DNA of 64,000 nt from Eledone cirrhosa. Lineage: Eukaryota. The translations under genes and the position numbers were made by a program. The stretch is taken from assembly GCA_964016885.1 (NCBI GenBank), contig OZ024740.1:272552001-272616000 (forward strand). Direction: 5' to 3'. Below, piece after piece: positions 1 to 14,616 of this stretch (position 1 is the stretch's first letter; every line of letters begins with the position of its first letter). The notes beneath the pieces are model-generated. The model saw only the letters and a list, made by a program, of their open reading frames with translations, was not told the origin of the DNA and ran no database searches.

Positions 1-1012
1 TAGGTTTCTCATAATTTTCTGTTGATTGTAGTGTTCAGCCTTTTCGTAGTATGTTTCGTTTTCCAAAGAGGAGAGCGCTAAGTTGATATAGAATTCTGTT
101 TCCATTAGGACTACTGCACTCCCTTTATTAGCCTCTTTAATTGTAATATTTCTGTAAGTTTTTAATGTATTTAATTCGTCCCATTCTTTCTTGTTGAGGT
201 TTGGCTTGTGTTTTTGTCTGTGTAAGTGTTGGTAAGGAAAGTTTGTAATGTGTTCACTGAATTCGCCCAGGATTTTATTTCTACCTTTTGATGGGGTGTA
301 GTTGCTTCTATTTCTGGCTAATGATTCATCCTCATTGTACTGGTCGAATAGTTCTTCACTGAGTCGTAACTTTCTACAGAATTCTGTGATGTCTTCCGTC
401 ATTTCATAGTAGTTTTGACGTAGGGGGTCGGTGTGAATTTAAGACCTTTGGAGAGTAAGTTGACAAGGTTGGGATTTGGTTCTGCACTAGTTAAATTGTT
501 CATTTTTTAATACTCTCGGTTTCTCCTCCCTGTCTTGTGTTATTTCGTTTGCCTGTATCTGTGTGCTGTGTCTAAAAAAATGGTTGGGGTAGAGGGGTTG
601 TCTGCTGATGTTAAGTGGTCTCCTGTGTTTGTTATATTCCTTGTTGTTGTAAAATATGGTTCGGGTTCGTGGTTGTGGATTAAATGGGGTGTTCCTGTAT
701 TGCGAGTATGGATGTGTGTTTCTATGTGCCATGTTGGATTGTGGTGTTATAGGTGGCCTACGTTGTTGGTTGTATCGGGTGGTGTGGGTTTGTTGTGTAT
801 TGTGGAAGCGAGAGTTGAGAAAATGGAAATTACCTCGCTGTCCCCTTGAAGCGGGGAAGTTACGTCTATCATGGTGGTTGTATCTTTTCCCTATGTTTGT
901 TGATGAGGCATCCACGTAGTAGTTGAATGATTTGGTATGGTATCTCCTTGAAGGGGGAAAGTTGTAAATCTCATTCTGGGGGTGATGATTTCTATGGTTT
1001 TTGTTCCTCCTA
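1..1012 (-). mobile_element. Penelope-like element, degraded N-terminal/RT-proximal coding fragment (runs off left edge)
   Basis: Minus-strand translation gives [25 protein letters not shown] and KPNLNKKEWDELNTLKTYRNITIKEANKGSAVVLM. These match the PLE LSKGL.F.P and (A)DKG..VV motifs upstream of the RT core. Frameshifted, and bounded by (TA)n at ~1015. Confidence 0.7.
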
Positions 1013-1673
<661 letters not shown>

Positions 1674-1704
1674 ATATATATATACAATGTTATATATATA
1701 TACA

Positions 1705-2857
1705 ATGATATTAAATAAATGGAAACTCTATTTATAAAACCATATTTATTCTATTATATATATTTCAAGGGTACCAAAAACTTTGGTACGCTTTCATCAG
1801 ATAAAATACAAAGAGTGTTTTATAAATTGTGACATAGCCAAGGAAACTATACCTTATCAGCTAAATCTTCCTTGGGTAGTGAGATTAAAGAACGTATATT
1901 TCAAACTTATGGATGAATATGCAAATGAATATGTAAATAAGGTTGAGTTATATGATTAAAAAAACGTTATTTTAAACGCTATGGAAAGTTTAGATATATA
2001 ATAATAAGAGAGAAAGAAAGAAAAAAGAAAAAAGAAAAAAGAAAAAAGAAAAAAGAAAAAAGAAAAAAGAAAAAGGAAAAAGAAGAAGGAAAAGGAAAAA
2101 GGAAAACGGAAAAAGGAAAAAGAAGACCACTTATATACGTTAATTTTGGGGAAATAAATTAGAATATTTACCTATATTATGTATATATATATATGGAGAA
2201 TTATGTTTGTAAGAATTTATCTTATAATATTGTTATGGGTTAAATATATAAATATCTATATATATATTTTAATAATAGCATATGTATTTTTATTAAAAAG
2301 ATAATTTGCAATTATTATTGTTTATAATATGAGTTACGAGTGAAGTTGATTTTGCGTTTTATGTAGATAAATAAATAAATAGATAGTTCAAGTTTTAGGT
2401 GCTTGTTCTTAATATGAGTTACGAGGGAGTTGATTTTGTATTTTATATAAATAAATAGGTAGTTAAAATTATGAATTTATATATTTGGATAATTTGTTTA
2501 AATTAAATTAACGGAGTTAGGTATAAGTTTATATGATTGAAAAAGGAAAGATAACTCAGATTTTATTTGTTAATCGTTAGTGTGAGATTAATTAATTATT
2601 TAGTCGAAAGAAATATGAATGTTTAAACATCGTTTTGAATAGGATACATTTTCCTAAAATCAGTTAATGGTTATTAATCTACGTTTAAAAATAGCTTTAG
2701 AGGGTGTCATTGGAAAAATAATGAATTAAAAAAAAAAAAAAAAAAAAAATTAAAATTATATAGATATACATAAATATATATAAATACACACACACACACA
2801 CACACACACATACACACACACACATACACACACATACACACACACACACACACACAT

Positions 2858-2889
<32 letters not shown>

Positions 2890-3500
2890 TATAACATTTT
2901 TTTGAGATATTATGATTTAGAGATATTAATATATTAAAAATAGAAATTGTTAAAAAACATAGGATCATTTTGAAGATTTATAGGAATATTATAAGTTACA
3001 CATAGTTCTGAATGTAGAATTTTGACGATGTCTGCAAGAATTAAATAATTCTGTTCTGAGATTAATAGAGTTTTATATGAAAAATTTCTTTAATACACAA
3101 TTGACAGAACTTTGGTAAAGCTATGTTTCGGAACCCAGCTGATATCGAAATCGTTTTCCAAGATATTGAATAGTCTATATACTGGCTTTTTAAGTTCCAT
3201 ATAAGATGTGAAAGAGAAGTAGAAGATTTTTTTTATCAGATATCCTGAAAGAGTGATTATGGTTATTCCAGCGATCTTAAAATTTTGTAGAAGTGGCACC
3301 GACATAGTTAAATATATTATCACTAGTTTTAACTGTGCATTTATAGACTACGTTTTTATCTAAACACTTATTTTGTAAAGGGCAGTTTGATTTGATTCTA
3401 CATTTACATTTTACGGAGCTGTTGCTCGGAACGGTACTATTAGGTTGGATATTGCTAGAAATATTATTATTGCTATTATGGTTATTTTGGTTATATTAAA
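1705..3500 (-). mobile_element. 5'-truncated Penelope-like element: degraded GIY-YIG endonuclease (~3050-3430) plus AT-rich 3' region with HHR
   Basis: Minus strand reads CKCRIKSNCPLQNKCLDKNVVYKCTVKTSDNIFNYVGATST...RWNNHNHSF, a PLE Zn-linker plus GIY-YIG. HHR near the distal end. Confidence 0.75.
1747..1808 (-). ncRNA. Type I hammerhead ribozyme motif
   Basis: Reverse complement: TATTTTAT-CTGATGA-aagcgtacc..ggtaccctt-GAAA-tatata-TA-ATAGAATA. Intact core, 8-bp stem I, palindromic stem III. Confidence 0.8.
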
Positions 3501-3650
3501 ACTATATATATATATATAGTAAGCAAAAAAGTGTTGGTAAAATCCAGTACTTCAGTATGCGGATAGGGAGCACTCAACGAAGATATAAATTCCGGAGTTA
3601 TAATAGTGACGAAACATAGGTAAATTGTATGAACTCATAATCCTTTATTT

Positions 3651-3706
3651 ACCGCTATATATATTTCGATGATAGCCATTGTATGGCTATGACCTCATCA
3701 GGCAGT
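3651..3706 (-). ncRNA. Type I hammerhead ribozyme motif in left pLTR arm
   Basis: Reverse complement: ACTGC-CTGATGA-ggtcatagcca tacaa tggctatcatc-GAAA-tatata-TA-GCGGT. Confidence 0.8.
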
Positions 3707-4989
3707 CAGTAAGTTCTTAGATATGCAAGCTCTGGGTTTTTGGTGTTGATGGTTTTAGAGCCTTGGGACATATGAGCTTGTTAGGGATAATTTAATGTTG
3801 TCAGCAGGAATAATCTTAATTCTCATTGGTCAGTTTGGAGATGCTAGTAGGATTGGTATTTGACCTCAAAGAGGTCGGTGGTTTTGTAAAGTTCAAACCG
3901 TCAGGCAAGATGACAATAGTTCCATATGACTGATTTTCACAAAAAGCATTCCTGGTCAGATATATATTCAATTGAGGTTTATAGTATGAAATTCGATACT
4001 ACAGGGCATTCTTAAATTGAGGAATTTATGTGGAGTGGTAATACTGAAAATTATGGTTAGATTTAAAATTCTTAGAAAGTTTACATATAAAAAGACTTAT
4101 GCTGGTTGACTTGTACATACACTGATACCCACCCCCACAGACACACACACAAACCCATACAGATGCGTATATATATGTACACACAAGTGCGTATATATAT
4201 ACAAAAGAGGCCCCCAAATCCAAGTATATGGCAGACATAAAATCAGGTGGGTGTCATTTTCAAAGAAAAGTAAAGTGGGTGTTTGCAAAAAAGAAAAATT
4301 ATTGTTTAGACTAGACAAAAGTAGGGTGTGATATATATCTTCACAGCAATAGCTTAGGGGCTTTGGGGCTTAGGCGATTCCCTTAGTACAGACATATACA
4401 GGTACACGCACCCACCCACAATTGTATACCTCTGGATGCGTGTGTAGGTCTATATACACATGTGCATTCAAACAAGAGAGCATATACAAATATACTCTTA
4501 AGCATACACTCGAACGTATTTCGTTCGTTCACATAAGTGCGTACATTCACTTAATCCCGATATACACACACAACGCACGGTTGCGGGCACGCATTCATGC
4601 GTATAGGGTTAGTACTTTAGGATAATTACTCTTCTTGTGTGGGCCACTCCCGTGTGTGGGGTGGTGGTGTCATCATGTTAAATAAACGTGGTTTTGCTGA
4701 CTCCTAACCAGTAGAGGATCTGGTGGACAATCCACTTTGGGGACCACAAACTATGGGTGGGTGTTGTTGCCTATTGGTTATTGGTACGGGGTGTAGGGAG
4801 CCCTTCAGGGGGGAACCCTGCCAATTTCATGTATCTCGCCATTTCATTAGAGCTTGCCCAGTATGTGAGGAGTTACGGGAGTGGGCCTATGGGAGTGGTG
4901 TGTGTGAAAAGGTACGGGGCGGTGCTAGTCTATTAAAGGGGGGGGGGGCGAAGTTACTACTAAGGGGTGGTCGGGGGTTTGTGGGGTTT

Positions 4990-6090
4990 ATTTATATAGC
5001 TTGAGGAAAGTTCCCGTCCTAAGGTATCTTCAGGTGCCGAATAAGTCGGCCCTTCTGTTTAATAGCTTGGTTCCGCCATGAAGTATCTCGAGTGTCTCAC
5101 TAAGACAAGTTGCAAATACCAGACCCACCTCTGTCTGGGGACCCTTTCTTACCACGGACCATACCAAAGAGTGCGGGGTCCCTTCAAGTTTGAGCTTCCA
5201 GATCTATTCAGAATGAGCCGTACATTTCCTCTTTTCTATTCTGTTAAAGGAGTGGCGATGGTTATACCACCTATCTTTGAAACTCATCGCCGTGGATCCT
5301 ATGTAGTGGTGCTCCGAGTTAGGGGTTGTGACCGTGCACCTGTAGACTACGTTTTTCGTCATGCATCAATACTAAGTGGGTATTGTGATGTGTTTCTGCA
5401 ATTGCATGACTTTTTAAGCCCCTGCAATGTACTGTGGGGTTACCATCGGGTGGGGTTGGCTGGGTAGCCACCGCATTCAGCACAGGGTCGTTGGATTGCG
5501 CTGTGCTAGTTTCGCCTGTCCGGGGCCTGGTGCGTCTCGTGTGCTGGTTCCGTTGGGTGGCTCTGTGGGTCATCTCGATCATGTCCCTTAGGGTTATAGC
5601 TGATCCTATGACTGTGCGACACCTTAGCTAGCACTGAGGTATAATAATCAGCATTACTATTGAAGATCTCTTTATTGGCAGACAAGTTAGGGATCATGTC
5701 AGAGACAGTCTTAACTACGGCCTTAACTATAGATCTAGGGTGATTGGACCCAGCGTTGATATACACTAGCTTCTCATTGGGTTTATGATATGAGTGGTGT
5801 AGCTTGGTGTTGAGGTTGAGGGTGGTGTCCAGGAAATTCACTAATTTTCTGTTGGGTTCCATCTCTACTTTAAGTCCTACCTTGCTAAAAAAGTGTCTAA
5901 TTCTCCTCTTCATATTTTAGACCATTGTGGTGCTGTGATCCACGACGGTGAAGAGGGCGTCGTCTCTGTACAGTCCGCCACCCAGGTTGGGTATTCCGTT
6001 CCTGATCTCGTAGAGTATGTATATCCCAACCAGGTCCGTTAGCTGGGCGGAGTCTCTAGAGCCCATTGTGATGTCAAAATTATTTGGCAG
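4990..6090 (-). pseudogene. PLE reverse transcriptase C-terminal half plus GIY-YIG endonuclease, with stops and frameshifts
   Basis: FDITMGSRDSAQLTDLVGIYIL...GGLYRDDAL...VNFLDTTLNL...YINAGSNHP (RT motifs), followed by KNVVYRCTVTT...YIGSTAMSFKDRWYNHRHSF (GIY-YIG). Confidence 0.88.
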
Positions 6091-7315
6091 TCACTCCGGG
6101 TCCATAGGTCCCCAACGAATCGGATCAGGGTCTTTCTGGCGGCTTGTATGATCGGACCACGTCCCGTAGATCCTCACATACTGGGAAAGCTCTAATGAAC
6201 TGGCGAGATACATGAAATTGGCAGGGTTCCTCCCTGAAGGGCTCCCTACACTCCGTACCAATAACCAATGGGCAACAACACCCACCCATAGTTTGTGGTC
6301 CCCAAAGTGGATTGACCACCAGATCCTCTACTGGTTAGGAGTCAGAAAAACCACGTTTTTTTAACATGATGTGGCCCACACAAGCAGAGCGATTATCCTA
6401 AGGTACTAACCCTATACGCATGAATGCGTGCCCGCAACCGTGCGTTGTGTGTGTATACTGGGATTAAGTGAATGTACGCACTTATGTGAACGCAACGAAA
6501 TACGTTCGAGTGTATGCTTAAGAGTATATTTGTATATGCTCTCTTGTTTGAATGCACATGTGTATATAGACATACACACGCATCCAGAGGTATACAAGTG
6601 TGGGTGCGTGCGTGTACCTGTATATGTCTGTACTAAGGGAATCGCCTAAGCCCCAAAGCCCCTAAGCTATTGCTGTGAAGATATATATCACACCCTACTT
6701 TTGTCTAGTCTAAACAATAATTTTTCTTTTTTGCAAACACCCTATTTACTTTTCTTTAAAAATAACACCCACCTGATTTTATGTCTGCCATATACTTGGA
6801 TTTGGGGGCCTCTTTTGTATATATATACGCACTTGTGTGTACATACATGTATATACGCATCTGTATGGGTTTGTGTGTGTGTCTGTGGGGGTGGGTATCA
6901 GTGTATGTACAAGTCAACCAACATAAGTCTTTTTATATGTCAACTTTCTAAGTATTTGACTCTAACCATAATTTTGAGTATTACCACTCCACATAAATTC
7001 CTCAATTTAAGAATGCCCTGTAGTATCGAATTTCATACTATAAACCTCAATTGAATATATATCTGACCAGGAATGCTTTTTGTGAAAATCAGTCATATGG
7101 AACTATTGTCATCTTGCCTGACGGTTTGAACTTTACAACATCACCTGCCTCTTTGAGGTCAAATACCAATCCTACTAGCATCTCCAAACTGACCAATGAG
7201 AATTAAGATTATTCCTGCTGACAACATTAAATTATCCCTAACAAGCTCATATGTCCCAAGGCTCTAAAACCATCAACACCAAAAAACCAGAGCTGGCATA
7301 TTTAAGAACTTACTG

Positions 7316-7371
7316 ATTACCTGATGAGGTCATAGCCATACAATGGCTATCATCGAAATATATATAGCGGT
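7316..7371 (+). ncRNA. Type I hammerhead motif in right pLTR arm (stem I weakened)
   Basis: Same core as 3651-3706, but the stem I 5' strand is ATTAC instead of ACTGC. Confidence 0.65.
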
Positions 7372-7800
7372 AAATAAAGGATTATGAGTTCATAAAATTT
7401 AATTATGTTTCGTCACTATTATAACTCCGGAATTTATATCTTCGTTGAGTGCTCCCTATCCGCATACTGAAGTACTGGATTTTACCAACACTTTTTTGCT
7501 TACTATATATTCGATTGACGCAACATCAAGCGAGTAGCGTACTCTAGACATACCAAATCGAAGAAACAATTGTCAGCAATGTGAATAAAGCCCTATTGTA
7601 TAGCCAACCATGTCACTCTTCTTTCTTGAATTATTATTACTCTAAGTATAACCTGCATAGAAATCACCGTGAACTCTCGGTATCACAATGGAAACGTCTT
7701 GTTGAGTCAAACTAATCATACGTTAACACCATCCACAACACGAAGTACCCTAACTGGACTACATCTAAGTGGATTACCTATTAGGATAACTTGTTATCCC

Positions 7801-8251
<451 letters not shown>

Positions 8252-8668
8252 ATATGAAAAAATTATATCTTTATTTGTATATGTACATATATGTATTTGT
8301 AATTATAAATGTATACGTATGAATATATAATGAGTGGGTGAGGAATGTAGGAACAGATACCCGCGGTCATAAGCCGAGTGTGGCTATGTTTGTGATCTAT
8401 AATATAGGACGTGAATATAGTTGTAATTCAAATATTGCATAATATTTACATACAAATATGAATCAGTATATTGTACGTACCATGGAGATACAACTCAGCT
8501 ATGAACAAAAACACACATGTCCTATACACAGAAAATCACAAACGCTGGAAAGCAATCACACAATAAGCCATATATCTACGTCTGTCGGATACACTCGCTA
8601 GATATTAGATTACAATGTACTGATTAATATTTGTATGCAATATTTGAATTACCAGAGCTATATAATAC

Positions 8669-9195
8669 ATTATAAAGAAAGAAGAAACATTAGATATAAA
8701 TAAAAAGATATAATATACCTAAATTTCGTCATTATCCTCGACTACGTAGTTTCGTGGCTATTATGCAAAAACATTACATCATAGAGATGCAGTATTTTTG
8801 TGAGGTTTGCCGACTTATCAAGAGGATACCGCATTTAGAGTTTCAAAATACGTCCGTAGGACGCGAGATAGAATCCGGAAAGGCGGAGGGGGAACTTATC
8901 ACGTGATACAGCGGTCAAGAAACAGAGCTAAGCCTCTTACAACCCAGAGAAAAATAGCACAAAAGGCGGAGGGGGTATTTATGTCAAGGCAGTAGAAGAG
9001 TTGGCTAGGAGAGCGAGAAGTGTGAGTAGTGTAAGCTTAACAGCAGTCACTATACTTCAGTCTCACAAAAATACTGCATCTCTATGATGTAATGTTTTTG
9101 CATAATAGCCACGAAACTACGTAGTCGAGGATAATGAAGGAATTTAGGTATATTATATCTTTTTATTTATATCTAATGTTTCTTCTTTCTTTATA

Positions 9196-9197
<2 letters not shown>
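8669..9197. mobile_element. Non-coding element with ~140-bp inverted terminal arms (8669-8805 / 9062-9197) containing a degenerate HHR
   Basis: Arms are near-perfect reverse complements and carry GAAA-CTACGTAG-TC (palindromic stem III). The CTGANGA box is decayed (ATGATGT). Confidence 0.65.
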
Positions 9198-9260
<63 letters not shown>

Positions 9261-9419
9261 TATACATATATATATATATATCTGGTCTGTTGGAAATGCA
9301 GGATATGGCAGCGATAATGAGGGACAGAGACCGCTGGAGAGAACTCGTCCATGGATCTCGGGAATTTTACCCGCCTTAGATAGATAGATATCTATATATG
9401 TATACACACACACACACAT

Positions 9420-9476
<57 letters not shown>

Positions 9477-9495
9477 CAAATAAAGATACAGTATC

Positions 9496-9547
<52 letters not shown>

Positions 9548-9561
9548 GTGTGTGTGTTTGT

Positions 9562-9742
9562 GAAGGCACGTAGCTGAGTGGTTTGAGAATTGGATTCGCA
9601 ATCGTGAGGTTGTGAGTTCGATTCCCGGACCGGGTTATGCGATATGTCCTTTATTTCACGTTGCTCCTTCTTTCTGGAGTTACGACTGATAGATAGTATT
9701 AGCAATCGGAAAGACCAATAGAAACATTGCCTCCTCGGTCCT
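9562..9742 (+). mobile_element. tRNA-derived SINE (family 2)
   Basis: A box (TAGCTGAGTGG) and B box (GAGTTCGATTCC). Homologous to the inverted copy at 12653-12845. Confidence 0.8.
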
Positions 9743-9818
9743 ACATACTTAGGCATACATACACTTATTAATATCCTCATACATATATATGTATATATGA
9801 ATGTGTGTATGAACAGGG

Positions 9819-9855
<37 letters not shown>

Positions 9856-9859
<4 letters not shown>

Positions 9860-10275
9860 ATACTTGGGGAGGGTCATATTGTTGTAATAATGTTGCCAGA
9901 AATAATAACAGAACACGCTCACTGTATTGTATGTCTACGCAATTTCTAGAGATAAAATAAAAATGGCGTAGACATACAATACAAAAGGAGGAACATAATA
10001 GTACCACTGATGATGTTGCAAATGTGCGACGAAAGAGCTTTTTTAGACTATATATATGTATTTATATCTGTAATTTTGACCGTTGGTCAGTCAATGATAA
10101 ACATTAAGGACCAAATGAATTAACTGTGGAGATATAAAAGATACAGAAGCGAAAACCAACCAAACAATGAGTGTGTTCTGTTCTTATTTCTGGCAATATT
10201 ATTCCAATATGACCCTCCCCAAGTATAACAATATTTGTTTCGACACACGATTTCATATCAACAACCTCGCAAAAC
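9856..10275. mobile_element. TA-embedded rearranged element (family C) with inverted arms and partial HHR at ~10007-10040
   Basis: TTGTTATACTTGGGGAGGGTCATATT at 9856 is inverted at ~10205-10232. CTGATGA..GAAA lies inside. Homologues at 46735-46995, 53660-53690 and 53990-54300. Confidence 0.7.
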
Positions 10276-10684
10276 AAATTCATATAAATATATATATATC
10301 CAAAATTAAATTACGGGTGTCATGTCAGAGAGACATGCGCCATATCCACTGTAGAATATGCTCCAAGATTCCAATGAATAGATCCGAGCATTTTATATCA
10401 ACTAGAAATTGATTGACATATATATATATATATTTAAAATAAACATATGAAACAATCAAAGGGAATAATTTGTAAAAGTGTGTAAGCACACATAGCCAGG
10501 TAGGTAACTAATTAAAGTTTAACTAGAACTTTAAAAATAGATACCTTATAAATTGATTAATCTTCCTTTTATATATTTCATTAAAGAAATATATTTCACC
10601 ATGTGGTTTACCGATCGATTTATGGTGAAATATATTTCTTTAATGAAATATATACAAGGAAGATTAATCTCGTACTCTGCATAT

Positions 10685-12433
10685 ACAGAGTACGAGAATA
10701 GACCTAGAAGAAATAGATCCCGTCGCATTATATGGTATAACACACCATATAATATGGAGGTGGCCACACCATTAGCTATCCCTTATTACGAAGCATTTCC
10801 CCCTACACATAAATATAGTAAAATTTTTAATAGAAGTACTATTAAAATTTCTTACTCTATGACTCCTAATCTTGCACATAACATCACAGCTTCAAATTTA
10901 GCTAAACTACTTAGCCGTAGGAACACGTGCAACCCTGTAGTTAGTACTAACTGTAATTGTAGGAATCGGGTTGATTGCCCCCTATCCGGGAAATGCGTCT
11001 CTAGTAACATTGTCTACAAATGTAAGGTTGAAACACCCACGTCCCGTAGGGCCTACATAGGGTTAACCGCCAATAGATTCAAGCAGCGTCCTTACATGCA
11101 TACCCATTCTTTTCGTTACCCTCTAAGAAGGAATATGACGTCACTTTCAGCTTATATCTGGAGTCTAAAAGACAACCACACCCAATATAAGTTACACTGG
11201 GAGATCCTAGCTAGGGCTAGATCGTATAACGGAAATAAAAGACCATGTGACCTCTGTGCCGCTGAGGCCCTGGAAATACTCTACGCCACAGACCACATCT
11301 TATACAAAAAATCTGAGGCAATTTCGGCTTGTAAACATAAATTACACAAAACTTTCCTGTATTACAGCCCCACATTATACCCTAACGGATAGTACGATCT
11401 ATACGTGGATATTTTACGTCTTGATGTGGTAGCTAGGTATATGTTATGTTTATACCATTACTTATTTGCATAGGTAAGTATATATTACCTGTATGTTTTG
11501 TGAGGGTACGTATACTTTCTCGTACGTATATTTGATTGTATATGTTATGGCGTATATTTTTATATATTCTGGTACATATGCTTTTGGTTATGTGTATACG
11601 GGAGTTTTGCGTCTGTGTGAGTATGCGGGTTCGTACGTATGTAGGGTGTTTGTGTATGTGTACTTCATGTTTTGGTTGACGTACGCCTCCAAACATTTAT
11701 GTATTTACATGTAGGTATGTGTGTGCGCTTGTTATATACGTATTTATTTATTTATATACGTTTATTTAATTACTTATTTATTTGTACACACACACACACA
11801 CATATGTATATGTGCGTGTATTTGTATACCTATGGCGAAGTTTTCGCGTAAGCTTGTGTATGTACGTATTTGGATGCGTGTATGTATTTCTTTAATTTCA
11901 ATGACCTCGGTTTCCTAGTTAGAATTTTAGTCTACGACTTCAGTTATACCATTTACGTGGTTTTGTCTTTGCGTGCAATTGTTCTCTACGCTCCACATAT
12001 GACGTATTATCTTCGTTTTTTCCGTTCATTGCCAGAGAACGTCTCTATGAACCACCTAAGAGAACATTAGTCTACGACCTCTTTTATACCATAAACGTGG
12101 TTCTGTCTTTGCGTGTAATTGTTTTTCACCGCTCCTATTAATGACGTATTATATTCGTTTTTTCCCGTTCTTTGCCAGGGAACATTTCCACGAGCCAAAG
12201 TATCGTCTTCCTGTCTTCTTCCGGTTGCAACGTTTTTTGAAATATCCACTTCTGCATTTACAGATTGACTTTGTTAGTTTCAGAAGATCCCGATAAGGGT
12301 GAAAGCAGCGATTCTTTGCTTAAACTTTAATCTGTTATTTTAATAAATTTTTGCTCTACGGTTTTTATATATTTGATATATATTTATCCTTATCTAGCCC
12401 TCTTTGGATTTTAGTCTCCAAATTTATTATTAT

Positions 12434-12435
<2 letters not shown>
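10685..12435 (+). mobile_element. 5'-truncated Penelope-like element with GIY-YIG domain and 3' UTR/pLTR
   Basis: The 10553-11392 ORF reads RSRRIIWYNTPY...IFNRSTIKISYSMTPNL...CNCRNRVDCPLSGKC...IVYKCKV...YIGLTANRFKQR...CDLCAAEALEIL. It is followed by a UTR with a ~140-bp tandem duplication (11929-12200), an HHR-like motif and AATAAA. Confidence 0.88.
12276..12326 (+). ncRNA. Hammerhead motif with core substitution (CAGAAGA)
   Basis: AGTTT-CAGAAGA-tccc gataa gggt-GAAA-GCAG cgattct TTGC-TT-AAACT. All three stems pair, but U4 is mutated to A. Confidence 0.6.
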
Positions 12436-12518
<83 letters not shown>

Positions 12519-12652
12519 TGTGTGTGTATGTATGTATAAATAAACACGACTGTGCTCCACTTTGATCATTCTTATTCAAGATTCTTTGTATTTTCTTAAT
12601 AATATTTCATGTTTAGTTTGGAACAGTAGGAACGATCGACTTTCGTCAAATC

Positions 12653-12845
12653 GGACCGAGGAAACAATGTTTCCGTTGGTCTTTCCTGTTGCTAATACTA
12701 TCTATCGGTCGCAACTCCAGGTAGAAGGAGCTACGTGAAATAAAGTGCCTTGCTCAAGGACATAACGCATTGCCCGGTCCAGGAATCGAACTCACAACCT
12801 CAAGATTGTGAATCCAATTCTCTAACCACTCAGCCACACGCCTTT
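12653..12845 (-). mobile_element. tRNA-derived SINE (family 2) with CORE-like segment
   Basis: Reverse complement has A/B boxes (TGGCTGAGTGG, GAGTTCGATTCC) followed by TGTCCTTGAGCAAGGCACT. Confidence 0.8.
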
Positions 12846-12984
12846 CTAAATCCGCGTGTTTATTAAAGCTGCGAAGCCATTACGACTCCATGTTGAGAAT
12901 CAGAATACTCATACCAGTGGCGTATTGATAACATGCTTTAAAAGATCATGGACGGCTAATTAAAAATTTCTCAACGGTTTCACG

Positions 12985-13698
12985 TACTCTCCGATCTTGG
13001 ATATACGTATCCCCACTGTTTATTAATATTTCAGATTTTCTCCATCCCCACCCGCTTATTAAATTTTGCTAATCTATTACCGACGAAATATTATTTTATG
13101 TAGCATTCCTGCGACAATTAATGTTCTTTATACATTAAAAAAGAACATTATATAAGACCAAAAAGGTACATGGTTAGAAATCTTATGTTATAAAATGAAT
13201 ATAAAGGGTTGGCGTCTCAATATGTAAACTAAACGACTAATTCTGTTTTTCTTTTAAAATCAACTGATACAACCTAGAAAAATTGTCAATTTTCTACCTC
13301 CATGGTTATTCTTTCACTTATTCCAACCTCCATGGTTATTCCTTCACTTATTCCAACCTCCATAGTTATATTTCACTTATTCCAGCCTCCATAGTTATAT
13401 TTCACTTATTCCAACCTCCATGGTTATTCCTTCATTTATTCCAACCTCCATGGTTATTCCTTCACTTATTCCAACCACCATCGTTATTCCTTCACTTATT
13501 CCAACCCCCATGGTTATTCCTTCACTTATTCCAACCCCATAGTTATTCCTTCACTTATTCCAACCCCCATAGTTATTCCTTCACTTATTCCAACCTCCAT
13601 GGTTATTCTTTCACTTATTCCAACCCCCATAGTTATTCCTTCACTTATTCCAACCCCCATGGTTATTCCCCACCCGCATTATTTGGGACCCGAGAGTA
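12985..13698. mobile_element. Probable non-autonomous DNA transposon (TACTCTC...GAGAGTA ends) carrying an internal minisatellite
   Basis: Short imperfect TIRs. Similar subterminal sequence (CCCACCCGCTTATTAA) recurs at ~46076-46340. Confidence 0.45.
13295..13668. repeat. 29-30-bp minisatellite (CCAACCTCCATGGTTATTCCTTCACTTATT), about 12 copies
   Basis: Direct reading of the tandem units. Confidence 0.95.
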
Positions 13699-14566
13699 TG
13701 TTATATATACGTGTGTTAATTATTGGTTTTTATTCTGATATTAATAAAGCCTCAATAATTGTTCGTCTTGTTTTGTGTTGAATTCTATACATAATTGTAT
13801 TGTTATCAACTTCTTCTAGATATGCGTTACTGGTGCTATAACGAAGTATCTCCTCCAGCTCATCTTGTACAATATTGCCTCCAATTTTGTGTTATTTTCA
13901 AAAACATCATTCAGCGTGATGCTTAGTCACCCTACTCGTCAGCGTAAATCTCGTTTTCAGGAAAGAACTCTGCTAGCTGTTTCATTGTGATGTTTCATGT
14001 GTCCAGCCAATGCGAGCCTCCTAGGACATATGATGTCGGAAAGTTGAGGGTGTGAACCATAAAGTGGTTTATTTGCTACAAGTGTTTCTCAGGAGATGGA
14101 ATAGAAACCATGACTGACTATCAACTAATGCAGTCTTGTCTAATTGTTAGTCAAGTACATGAAAAAAAAAAAACAGACTGGCAAACCACAGAGCGTAACG
14201 CAGACAGCTAATACCATATACAGATGTCAACAAAAATATGAAAAGCCTCTCAGAACATATTTCCATAGTGTACATGTAAAAAGGAACCATCCCCAGTACA
14301 TATACCATACACAAAATCTCAATAGGCTGGAGCTTATTCTTGCCTCAGAACAGAGTAAATAATCTTCACTGAAGTGGATACATATCTTGAAACACTTGTC
14401 TGTGGTTCTCATACGGGTACTGAGGTAGCTGTGACATGATAACAGCTTAAAATTTACATAGCGAGAAATATGTATTCTTATTATACATATTATTATATAT
14501 TGTATGTGATATCATGGATCACACTAAATTAGTGGTACTGCTTATATATATATATATATATATATA

Positions 14567-14613
<47 letters not shown>

Positions 14614-14616
<3 letters not shown>

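Larger units (their letters stand above)
3518..7504 (-). mobile_element. Penelope-like element with ~1.35-kb inverted pseudo-LTR arms (3518-~4880 and ~6161-7504)
   Basis: The arms are near-identical reverse complements (AGTAAGCAAAAAAGTGTTGG... / ...CCAACACTTTTTTGCTTACT). They enclose RT and GIY-YIG remnants, and TA repeats flank both ends. Confidence 0.9.

Noticed and set aside
9562-9635. tRNA gene
   Set aside because: The tRNA-like head continues into a SINE body repeated at 12653-12845, and there is no clean cloverleaf.
13295-13668. 30-bp repeats as a CRISPR array
   Set aside because: The units are contiguous with no unique spacers, no cas genes are present, and the context is eukaryotic.
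13800-14440. Possible exon or transposase fragment
   Set aside because: Stops in all frames and no motif I can recognise. The same applies to 40120-40460, 54580-55080 and 55770-56130.
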